Below, piece by piece: positions 1-6,762 of a stretch of 13,882 bases of DNA. The stretch lies in contig JAZDCY010000072.1 in the NCBI GenBank assembly GCA_036679645.1, forward strand, positions 1 through 13,882, given 5' to 3'. This stretch comes from Gemmatimonadota bacterium (lineage in GTDB: Bacteria > Gemmatimonadota > Gemmatimonadetes > Gemmatimonadales > GWC2-71-9). Positions within the stretch are counted from its first letter, which is position 1, and every line of letters begins with the position of its first letter. The notes below the pieces were generated by a model, which worked only from the letters and a program-made list of their open reading frames with translations, was not told the DNA's origin and searched no databases. Both the position numbers and the translations under genes were made by a program.

Positions 1-353
1 GCCTCGTCCTGGAGGAAGTTGCGGAGGTACTCGCTCGCGTACCGTCGCGAGTTCGTCTTCTCGCGTTCGTCGAATGCGCGCTCCATGGCCCGCAACCGGC
101 GTGCCTTTTGCCGCGCCAGCTCAGGTGCGATGAATCCGTGGCGCGCGACGCGTTCGGTCTCGGTCAGCAGCGCGTTGAGGCCTCGCTCTATTCCCCCTTC
201 ACGAACGCCCGCGTTGAGCGAGAACACCTCGCCGGATCCAACGAAGCGTCCCTGCCCACTACCCGCACCGAGAAAGGGCGGATCGGCTCCCTGTGACAGC
301 TCGAAGAAGCGCGCGTTGAGCATAGCGCTGAACAACGACTCCACTGCATCCTG
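1..353 (-). pseudogene. Out-of-frame continuation of the M16 (PqqL-like) protease, open to the window edge
   Basis: 117 stop-free codons from 353 down to 3 read QDAVESLFSAMLNARFFELSQGADPPFLGAGSGQGRFVGSGEVFSLNAGVREGGIERGLNALLTETERVARHGFIAPELARQKARRLRAMERAFDEREKTNSRRYASEYLRNFLQDE. This resembles the second domain of PqqL-like proteases and joins the upstream frame exactly if one 11-bp repeat copy is removed. Confidence 0.85.
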
Positions 354-1648
354 GCGATACGCAGGCGATACGCAGCGTACGTCGAGTGGTCACGGAGGTC
401 CTGCTTGAAGAGAATGCCAACGCTCGAGCCCGTCGCTTCGGGATCGGTGGCGATCGCGTAGAGTGGCTCCTCGTTGTCGGGGACGTCGAATACGGGACGT
501 TCCCGTGGATCGTCGGGGGGGGCAACCTGCGTGAAGTGTTCTCGAATGAGCGTCTCCACGGTGGCGGCGTCGAAATCTCCAACGGCAATGACTGCCATCA
601 GGTCGGGCCGATACCAGTCACGATAGAACCGCCGAACCGCATCGTGCTCAAACGTCTGGAGAATCTCGGGTTTCCCGATTGGGAGACGTTCCGCGTAACG
701 AGATCCGCCGAATGCGATAGGGAGCTGCTGATCGAGCATACGTTGCCCGGCACCTTGGCCTAGACGCCACTCCTCCATCACCACGCCGCGTTCCTTCTCG
801 ATCTCTTCTCCGTCGAAGGTTACACCGTGCGCCCAGTCTTCGAGAACCTGAAACGCGGTTTCCAGTACACCCGCGGTGTCTGTAGGGACTGTCAGCATGT
901 ACACGGTCTCATCGAAACTCGTGTACGCGTTCAGGTGCGGCCCCATGCGCATTCCGACCAGCTCGAAGTAGCTCACGAGGTCCTGGCGCGCGAAGTGGCG
1001 CGTTCCGTTGAACGCCATGTGCTCGGCAAAGTGCGCGAGCCCCTGTTGATCGTCGTCCTCGAGCACCGATCCCGCCCTGACCACGAGCCGGAGTTCCGCA
1101 CGGTTCTCGGGACGTCCGTTCTGGCGGATGTAGTACCTGATGCCGTTGGTCAGCGTGCCGATCGTGATCTGGGGATCGACCGGCACCGGCGTCGATGGGT
1201 CGTCTTCCTGTGCTTGGAGGGCGGTCGGCAACGCGAGCAGGATCGCGATGGCGAGCCCTCGCTTGAACTGATCGATCTTGCGCCGTTGTTTCTTGGTTGG
1301 CCGTCCCTTCCCGTCGTGGAAGTCGGTAGGCAGTGCCCGCATCTGCTGGGCGAGCTTCTCGCGCGCGGTCTTCGTCATGGCATCCTCCTCATAGAGCGTC
1401 GCTGCGTCCTTTGCCGGGCCACGGCGCTCGGACAGCGCGCGCACCGTGAGTCGGTACTCGTACGGTCCGCGACGCATGCGAATCTGGTCTCCGACGTGAA
1501 TGTGCTTGGCGCGCTTGACGCGTTCGCCGTTCACCTGCACCCGGCCGCCGTCTACTCCGTCTGACGCGAGCGCTCGTGTCTTGAAGAGCCGCGCCGCCCA
1601 GAGCCATCTGTCGAGCCGCACCGACGCGGTGTCGCTCACGGGAATCAC
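188..1648 (-). CDS. hslR: Fusion ORF: Hsp15/HslR ribosome-associated S4-domain protein (aa 1-130) + signal-peptide-like segment (aa 131-146) + N-terminal part of a PqqL-like M16 zinc protease; the last ~60 codons are out of frame after a frameshift near 353-375
   Basis: The N-terminus VRLDRWLWAARLFKTRALA...GGRVQVNG...RRGPAKDAATLYEE...RPTKKQRR matches Hsp15. It continues with no stop into GLAIAILLALPTALQA-QEDD and then GTLTNGIRYYIR...GSVLEDDDQQGLAHFAEHMAFNGT (HxxEH)...NAYTSFDETVY...EKERGVVMEEWR...FYRDWYRPDLMAVIAVGD. The GTG start overlaps the upstream TGA (GTGA, 1645-1648). The symbol applies to the N-terminal domain only. Confidence 0.9.
   Translation of the reverse strand: MIPVSDTASVRLDRWLWAARLFKTRALASDGVDGGRVQVNGERVKRAKHIHVGDQIRMRRGPYEYRLTVRALSERRGPAKDAATLYEEDAMTKTAREKLAQQMRALPTDFHDGKGRPTKKQRRKIDQFKRGLAIAILLALPTALQAQEDDPSTPVPVDPQITIGTLTNGIRYYIRQNGRPENRAELRLVVRAGSVLEDDDQQGLAHFAEHMAFNGTRHFARQDLVSYFELVGMRMGPHLNAYTSFDETVYMLTVPTDTAGVLETAFQVLEDWAHGVTFDGEEIEKERGVVMEEWRLGQGAGQRMLDQQLPIAFGGSRYAERLPIGKPEILQTFEHDAVRRFYRDWYRPDLMAVIAVGDFDAATVETLIREHFTQVAPPDDPRERPVFDVPDNEEPLYAIATDPEATGSSVGILFKQDLRDHSTYAAYRLRIARMQWSRCSALCSTRASSSCHREPIRPFSVRVVGRDASLDPARCSRSTRAFVKGE
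353..375. repeat. Perfect 11-bp tandem duplication (GGCGATACGCA x2) at the frameshift point
   Basis: 353-363 and 364-374 are identical, followed by G at 375. Confidence 0.95.
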
Positions 1649-2376
1649 CGCAGCGGCCGCGCCAAGGTATCATTGTGTCGCTGAATCAGAGACCGCAGGT
1701 AGGTGCTGATGGTTCCCACGCTCTCGAACCCGGCGGCGCGCGCAGCCACCTCCTGGCGCTCTACGGACACCGTATCCGAGGCAGCGAAACTGGGGAGGCT
1801 TTCGTGGACGCCCAGCGTGAAAAGGTCCCAGGCCGCGCCGGCCACCCGTGTGAAGATCATGTTCTGCGGCCGGTCGATTTCCGCTAGGTAGGCGTTTTCC
1901 ATCTCCCGTTCTAGATACAACTCGGCCCGTTTCCCGGGGACCGCGATGAACATCTCGATGTGATACAGCGCGCCGGCCTCCAGCGTCGGACCGAGCACCT
2001 CCGGCGGCGGGCCGCCGGCAAACAACTCCTCGCGCCACGCGGTGAGTGCGGCTGTCCGGGCAGAGAACGCCGCATCGGTCATCCCGCTCCGGGCAGCTGC
2101 GCGCTCCCGCCGGGCAGCTTGGTCGGCACTGTAGTACTCCGCGAAGCTTCCCATGGGGTAGATCAGCATCAGGTCCCAGTGATCGCCCTGGCGGTGCCGG
2201 ATGATCCACGGGCTCCCGCTCCCTCGCCCATCCACGGCGGAGCGCTGCTGGTAGAGGTCGATCAGCGCCGCGAGGTCGCCGGGAGCGGCCCGTACCAGCA
2301 CGGTGCGGTACAGATAGCTGGTATCGGACGGGATGGTGCCCGCGGAGAGCGCGAGCGCAAGAAGGATGTTGATCAT
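1645..2376 (-). CDS. Secreted hypothetical protein with two similar halves (possibly NIPSNAP-like/dimeric alpha-beta barrel)
   Basis: 243-aa ORF with hydrophobic N-terminus MINILLALALSAG. Internal similarity: LYRTVLVRAAPGDLAALIDLY...IIRHRQGDHWDLMLI versus LYHIEMFIAVPGKRAELYLE...IFTRVAGAAWDLFTL. Its stop overlaps the next start. The fold assignment is inference. Confidence 0.75.
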   Translation of the reverse strand: MINILLALALSAGTIPSDTSYLYRTVLVRAAPGDLAALIDLYQQRSAVDGRGSGSPWIIRHRQGDHWDLMLIYPMGSFAEYYSADQAARRERAAARSGMTDAAFSARTAALTAWREELFAGGPPPEVLGPTLEAGALYHIEMFIAVPGKRAELYLEREMENAYLAEIDRPQNMIFTRVAGAAWDLFTLGVHESLPSFAASDTVSVERQEVAARAAGFESVGTISTYLRSLIQRHNDTLARPLR

Positions 2377-2428
2377 GCCTCGAAGGTGCCCTCACCGCAC
2401 CCGCCGCCGCAACCGCTCGACAGGTGCG

Positions 2429-2434
2429 TATCTT
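2429..2434 (+). promoter_or_regulatory. Possible -10 element (TATCTT) for the plus-strand operon; very short or leaderless-type 5' end
   Basis: TAnnnT hexamer in the 67-bp divergent spacer, 9 nt before ATG 2444, which has no Shine-Dalgarno sequence. Confidence 0.35.
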
Positions 2435-2443
2435 TCGCGGCCC

Positions 2444-3322
2444 ATGGACGTCGCGCTCGTCACCTGTGCCGCGCTTCCGGGCCTCGCGCCCGACGACCGC
2501 CTGCTGCTCGATGCGCTCACTGCCTGCGGCTGCGCGGCGGAACCAGTGGTGTGGGAAGACCCACACTTCGACTGGGCCGTGCCGCGGGTCTCGGTTGTCC
2601 GGTCGGCGTGGGACTATGCGTATCGGCGCGCGGCGTTCCTCGAGTGGGCGCGCGGCGCGGCAGGCCGTACGGCGCTCTGGAACCCGCTCCCGGTAGTCGA
2701 GTGGAACACCCACAAGGCATACCTCGCCGACCTCGAACGGGAAGGCGTACCGGTCGTGCCGACGCGCATGTTCCGTGCAGGCGAGCGAGCGCGGCTCGTT
2801 GATGTGATCCGCGAAGAGAGGTGGGACGCTGTCATTCTCAAGGCCGCGGTCGCGCAGACCGGCCGCTATCTCCGGCATGTGGCCGGCGACCGGATTGCGG
2901 AGGGGCAGGACCACCTCGATCGGCTCTTGCCGTACGAGGACATGTTGGTCCAGGAGTACATCCCGGCTGTGACCACGTCGGGAGAGATATCGATCGTATT
3001 CATCGACGGCGCCTTCTCGCACGCAGTTCGAAAGGAGCCCGCCCGGGGAGACTTTCGCGTCCACCACGACTTCGGCGGCATCGTCCGCGGCGAAGCGCCT
3101 ACCGACATGGAACTCGCGGTCGCCGTGGCGGCGGTCGGTGCCGTGCCGTTCTCGCTGATGTACGCACGGGTAGACCTGGTGCAGCGCAACGACGGCACGC
3201 CGTGCGTCATGGAACTCGAATTGGTCGAACCAGAACTGTTCTTTCGGTGCGAGCCGGAGGCCGCGCCGCGGCTTGCGGGCGCGATAGCTGCACGCATCAG
3301 CGAAGCCGGAGTCAGGCGATGA
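2444..3322 (+). CDS. ATP-grasp ligase (RimK/glutathione synthetase-like, DcsG-like family)
   Basis: VVRSAWDY, WNPLPVVEWNTHKAYLADL, MLVQEYI, GEISIVFIDGAFSHAVRK, GDFRV..FGG, YARVDLV, MELELVEPELF. The start is placed at MDVALVT (2444) because the longer ORF overlaps the divergent gene. Confidence 0.85.
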   Translation: MDVALVTCAALPGLAPDDRLLLDALTACGCAAEPVVWEDPHFDWAVPRVSVVRSAWDYAYRRAAFLEWARGAAGRTALWNPLPVVEWNTHKAYLADLEREGVPVVPTRMFRAGERARLVDVIREERWDAVILKAAVAQTGRYLRHVAGDRIAEGQDHLDRLLPYEDMLVQEYIPAVTTSGEISIVFIDGAFSHAVRKEPARGDFRVHHDFGGIVRGEAPTDMELAVAVAAVGAVPFSLMYARVDLVQRNDGTPCVMELELVEPELFFRCEPEAAPRLAGAIAARISEAGVRR

Positions 3323-3933
3323 ATGTTCCCCGAACTGCGTTGCTTGCTTTATGTGTCGCAAGCGCTGCTTGTACGCCCCCGGAGGACCGTGACGCGGGCA
3401 GCGCCAACGCGCTACGAGGCCTGACGCTGACCGAGCCGCAACAGAAGCCGGATTTCACCCTCACGGATACCGACGGCGAAGACTTCGCCTTCGCACGGGA
3501 AACCAGCGGATTCCTGACGCTCGTGTTTTTTGGGTACACCTACTGCCCCGACATCTGTCCGGTTCACATGGCGAACCTCGGGGCGGTGATCGGTCAACTG
3601 CCTCCTTCGACCGCCCGCCGGATCAAGGTCGTGTTCGTAACTACAGATCCGCAGCGGGATACGCCCGCACGTCTCCGCACGTGGCTCGACAACTTCAGCC
3701 GCGATTTCATTGGACTGACCGGCGAGCACGATCGGGTGAACGAGGTTCAGGCGTCGATGAGCCTGCCACCCAGTGAGATAGGAGAGCCGGACAGCACGGG
3801 CTTCTACTATGTTGGGCACGCCGCCTTTATCGTCGCGTTCACACCCGACAACCTGGCACGCGCGTTCTACCCGTCGGGCATTCGGCAGGCAGATTGGGCG
3901 CATGATATCCCGCTGTTGTTGCAGTTTGAGTGA
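3319..3933 (+). CDS. sco: SCO1/SenC family copper chaperone lipoprotein
   Basis: ATG overlaps the upstream stop (ATGA). Lipobox-like ASAAC, PDFTLTDTDG, FFGYTYCPDICP (CxxxC), VFVTTDPQRDTP and the distal His in YYVGHAA. Confidence 0.95.
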   Translation: MNVPRTALLALCVASAACTPPEDRDAGSANALRGLTLTEPQQKPDFTLTDTDGEDFAFARETSGFLTLVFFGYTYCPDICPVHMANLGAVIGQLPPSTARRIKVVFVTTDPQRDTPARLRTWLDNFSRDFIGLTGEHDRVNEVQASMSLPPSEIGEPDSTGFYYVGHAAFIVAFTPDNLARAFYPSGIRQADWAHDIPLLLQFE

Positions 3934-4058
3934 TGGGGGCGATTGAAGGGGCGATGAGAGACGATGCTTGGTCGCGCGACCAAACCCCGGGCGTGAGCCC
4001 GGGGTTAAGGGCGATGGAAGGGCCGAGAGTTACTCGCGCGACCAAACCCCGGACGTGA
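3933..4058 (+). other. 41-codon mini-ORF bridging the sco stop and the probable PCuAC start
   Basis: ATG 3933 overlaps the sco TGA (TGATG). It reads MGAIEGAMRDDAWSRDQTPGVSPGLRAMEGPRVTRATKPRT, and its TGA (4056-4058) overlaps GTG 4055. Whether it is translated is unknown. Confidence 0.35.
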
Positions 4059-4078
4059 GCCCGGGGTTTAGGCGCTGG
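3968..4078. repeat. Two ~45-bp direct repeats (62-bp period), each containing a GC-rich hairpin with a GTGA tetraloop (REP-like)
   Basis: TCGCGCGACCAAACCCCGG(G/A)CGTGAGCCCGGGGTT begins at 3972 and at 4034. The stem AACCCCGGGC/GCCCGGGGTT spans 3983-4006. A perfect 16-bp palindrome TTGGTCGCGCGACCAA spans 3968-3983. Confidence 0.9.
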
Positions 4079-4543
4079 TGCGCATTGATGGGGGCGATGT
4101 TGGTGGCGGTGCCGGCGGCTTGCCGCGGCGAGTCGTCGGTCACGGTTGGACCGATCGAGGTGTCCAACGCGTATCTGGCGGAGCCCGTGACGCCCGATTC
4201 GCCGGTCGCGGTTTATTTCACCGTCACGAATCGCGGGACGGAGGTCGACACGTTGGTGGGAATCTCGGCGACCTTTGCCACCCACGGCGAGTTCCACGAA
4301 CAGGTAACCGAGGGCGGTGGCACACGTATGCGACCGGTGGACGCGGTCGAGTTGCCGGTAGGAGGGAAGGTGGTGCTGGCGCCCGGAGGTCTGCACGGGA
4401 TGTTGCTCGATGTCTCGAGTCCGCCGAAGCACTCCGAGCCGGTAGTGGTGGCGCTACATTTTTGGCGCGCGGGTACTGTGGATGTGCGGTTCGCTGTGGT
4501 CACCTACGCGAACCTCGAGGAGTACGCGGGGCGGCCCCGTTGA
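4055..4543 (+). CDS. PCuAC family periplasmic copper chaperone lipoprotein
   Basis: Exact H-x10-M-x21-H-x-M motif (HEQVTEGGGTRM...LAPGGLHGM), AVYFTVTNRG..DTLVG and lipobox-like VPAAC. The start is uncertain: GTG 4055 gives a charged n-region (FRRW); ATG 4088 is the alternative. Confidence 0.9.
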   Translation: MSPGFRRWCALMGAMLVAVPAACRGESSVTVGPIEVSNAYLAEPVTPDSPVAVYFTVTNRGTEVDTLVGISATFATHGEFHEQVTEGGGTRMRPVDAVELPVGGKVVLAPGGLHGMLLDVSSPPKHSEPVVVALHFWRAGTVDVRFAVVTYANLEEYAGRPR

Positions 4544-5379
4544 CCTGGTGGTGCTCGGCGCAGGGGATCCCGTGGACGTGGGAGTGGCGTGCCTACCCGG
4601 GGATTTGGTTGTTCGTGCTGACGCTGGCGGGCGCCTACACCTGGACGCTGCGGCGCTGGGAGCCGCGGTTGCGGGCTCGCGACGAGGGGCCGACCACACG
4701 GCGTGAGATTGCGTTGTTCGCCACCGGCGTGCTGGTGCTATGGGTGGCCGCCGATTGGCCCCTCGGGACCCTGGCCGCGGGGTACCTGCTGTCCGCTCGC
4801 GTGTTGCAGTACCTGCTGTTCGCGCTGGTGGCACCGCCGTTGTTGCTTCTTGGAACGCCGCGGTGGCTGCTCCGGCGGCTCCTGAGAGGACGGGCGGCGT
4901 TTCGCATCGCGCGGCTGCTGACGCGACCTTTGATCCCGTTGCTGGTGTACAACTCCGTTCTCGTCGCCGTTCATCTCCCCACGGTGGTGGACGGCGTCAG
5001 CGGGTCGCAGTTGGGCTCGTTCGTCCTGGACCTGACGGTTATCGCCTCGGGTCTCGTTCTCTGGTGGCCTGCTCTTGGCCGGCTGCCTGAACTCAAGCCC
5101 ATGGGTTATCCCGGCCGGATTGGATACCTGCTTCTGAGCGTCTTTGTCCCCACCGTTCCCGCCTCGTTCTTCACGTTTGCCCGATACCCGATCTACTCGC
5201 TCTATGAGTCGGCGCCACCGATCGGCTGGATCGACACGGTCACCGATCAGCAGATCGGCGGCCTGCTCATGAAGCTCGGCGGCGGGTTGGTGTTGTTTGG
5301 CACGATGTCGGTGATGTTCTTCCGGTGGCATTCGGCCGAAGAGAGGGCCGAGCACAAGATAAAGGAGGTCGTGACATGA
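4540..5379 (+). CDS. ctaG: Cytochrome c oxidase caa3 assembly factor (CtaG-like) membrane protein, divergent
   Basis: TTG overlaps the upstream stop (TTGA). Multi-TM protein with LVAPPLLLLGTP, VHLP, LWWP, PIYSLY and DQQIGGLLMK. It lies next to sco and PCuAC. Confidence 0.85.
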   Translation: MTWWCSAQGIPWTWEWRAYPGIWLFVLTLAGAYTWTLRRWEPRLRARDEGPTTRREIALFATGVLVLWVAADWPLGTLAAGYLLSARVLQYLLFALVAPPLLLLGTPRWLLRRLLRGRAAFRIARLLTRPLIPLLVYNSVLVAVHLPTVVDGVSGSQLGSFVLDLTVIASGLVLWWPALGRLPELKPMGYPGRIGYLLLSVFVPTVPASFFTFARYPIYSLYESAPPIGWIDTVTDQQIGGLLMKLGGGLVLFGTMSVMFFRWHSAEERAEHKIKEVVT

Positions 5380-6746
5380 AGCGTTTCGTGGTCGCGCTGG
5401 CGGCTGTCGTTCTCGCTCCGGGGCTCGTGCAGAGTCAGGACCAGAGACTGGCCGTGCCGTACGCGCGATTCGTGTTGCCCAATGGGTTGAACGTCATCCT
5501 GCATGAGGATCACACGACGCCCACCGTAAGCGTCAATCTGTGGTACAACGTGGGCTCGGGTCGTGAGAAGCCCGGCCGCACGGGCTTCGCCCACCTGTTC
5601 GAGCACATCCTGTTCGAGGGATCGGAGAACGTGCCGGAGGGCGCATTCGACGAGTGGTTGGAAGCCGCCGGCGGCAGCAACAACGGCTCTACCAACTCCG
5701 ACCGGACCAACTACTGGGAGAATGTGCCGAGCAACGCGTTAGCGCTGGCACTGTTTCTCGAGTCGGACCGCATGGGCCATCTACTGGGCTCCTTGTCTGC
5801 CGAGACGGTCGACGGGCAACGTGACGTGGTGAAGAACGAGCGTCGCCAGTCGTACGAGAATCGGCCGTATGGCATGGCGTTTCTAACGCTCGACTCGGCC
5901 ATGTACACTGCCGATCACCCGTACAGTTGGCCCACGATCGGCTCGATGGAAGATCTGACCGCTGCGTCGCATGAGGATGTCGTGGATTTCTTCCAGAACT
6001 ACTACACGCCCGCCAATGCCAGCCTGTCAATCGCCGGCGATATTGACATTCCAGCGACGCGGCGCCTGGTGGAGCACTGGTTCAGTGATGTCGAGGGACG
6101 CCCGTCCCCCATGCCGATCGATGCGCCTGTCGCGGTGTTGACCACGGAAAAGCGGATGGTGCTCGAGGATCGCGTGCAGCTTCCGCGACTCTACATGTGC
6201 TGGCTGACGCCGCCAATCTACACGCCCGGCGATGCGGAGATGGATGTCGTGGGTGGCGTGTTGGCCGACGGTAAGACATCACGTCTGTACCGGCGGCTCG
6301 TGTACGATATGCAGATTGCGCAGGACGTGTTCGCCTTCCAGGGCTCGGGTTCTCTGTCGTCACAGTTCTGCATCATCTCCACAGCGCGTTCGGGGCACGA
6401 CCTCAGCGAGGTCGAGACGGTGATCCAGGAAGAGATCAACCGGTTGAAGGACGAGCCGCCCACCGATCGCGAGGTGCAGCGTGTGATCAACGGCTATGAG
6501 TCCTCGTTCCTCGACCGGCTGGAGCGCGTCGGCGGGTTCGGTGGCAAGGCAGACCAGCTCAACGCGTATTACACACGTACGGGCAATCCTGACTGGTTCA
6601 ACGAGGATCTCTCGCGTTACATGTCGATCTCGCCAAACGACGTGCGCGCGACGGTCCAAACGTTCCTGGATGAGGGGCGAGTCGTGTTGAGTATAGTGCC
6701 GCGCGGCAAGCCCGAATTGGCAGCCACGAAGACAACCACCGACTGA
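5376..6746 (+). CDS. M16B (pitrilysin-family) zinc protease, catalytic subunit, exported
   Basis: AAGGAGGT Shine-Dalgarno and ATGA overlap. Signal peptide MKRFVVALAAVVLAPGLVQS-Q. Motifs LPNGLNVILHED, GRTGFAHLFEH (HxxEH), NGSTNSDRTNY, LESDRM, QRDVVKNERRQ and HPYSWPTIG. Confidence 0.95.
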   Translation: MKRFVVALAAVVLAPGLVQSQDQRLAVPYARFVLPNGLNVILHEDHTTPTVSVNLWYNVGSGREKPGRTGFAHLFEHILFEGSENVPEGAFDEWLEAAGGSNNGSTNSDRTNYWENVPSNALALALFLESDRMGHLLGSLSAETVDGQRDVVKNERRQSYENRPYGMAFLTLDSAMYTADHPYSWPTIGSMEDLTAASHEDVVDFFQNYYTPANASLSIAGDIDIPATRRLVEHWFSDVEGRPSPMPIDAPVAVLTTEKRMVLEDRVQLPRLYMCWLTPPIYTPGDAEMDVVGGVLADGKTSRLYRRLVYDMQIAQDVFAFQGSGSLSSQFCIISTARSGHDLSEVETVIQEEINRLKDEPPTDREVQRVINGYESSFLDRLERVGGFGGKADQLNAYYTRTGNPDWFNEDLSRYMSISPNDVRATVQTFLDEGRVVLSIVPRGKPELAATKTTTD

Positions 6747-6762
6747 CCGAGGAGAGCGAACG

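Noticed and set aside
1259..1300. Twin-arginine (Tat) signal at QRRKID
   Set aside because: Lacks the S/T-R-R-x-F-L consensus, and the RR is part of the normal Hsp15 tail.
827..1564. Plus-strand ORFs opposite the fusion gene, and similar antisense ORFs throughout the window
   Set aside because: Antisense mirror frames caused by codon bias in GC-rich genes; no independent motifs.
2821..3318. Long N-terminal extension of the SCO ORF
   Set aside because: Overlaps the ATP-grasp gene and is low-complexity. The signal peptide starts at ATG 3319 with an ATGA overlap.
1670..3361. 563-aa minus-strand ORF
   Set aside because: Antisense to the ATP-grasp gene and off-frame over the hypothetical gene. 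Arg/Gly/Pro-rich with no motifs, so a GC-rich shadow ORF.
3933..4058. Mini-ORF as a graspetide (ATP-grasp RiPP) precursor
   Set aside because: No recognisable leader or repeated Thr/Ser/Lys-Asp/Glu core, and the ATP-grasp looks DcsG/RimK-like rather than microviridin-type.
3968..4078. Possible mini CRISPR array
   Set aside because: Only two units, the intervening sequence is short and partly repeated, and there are no cas genes in the window.
4078..4539. N-terminal extension of the CtaG-like ORF
   Set aside because: Overlaps PCuAC in another frame. TTG 4540 gives a clean coupled start.
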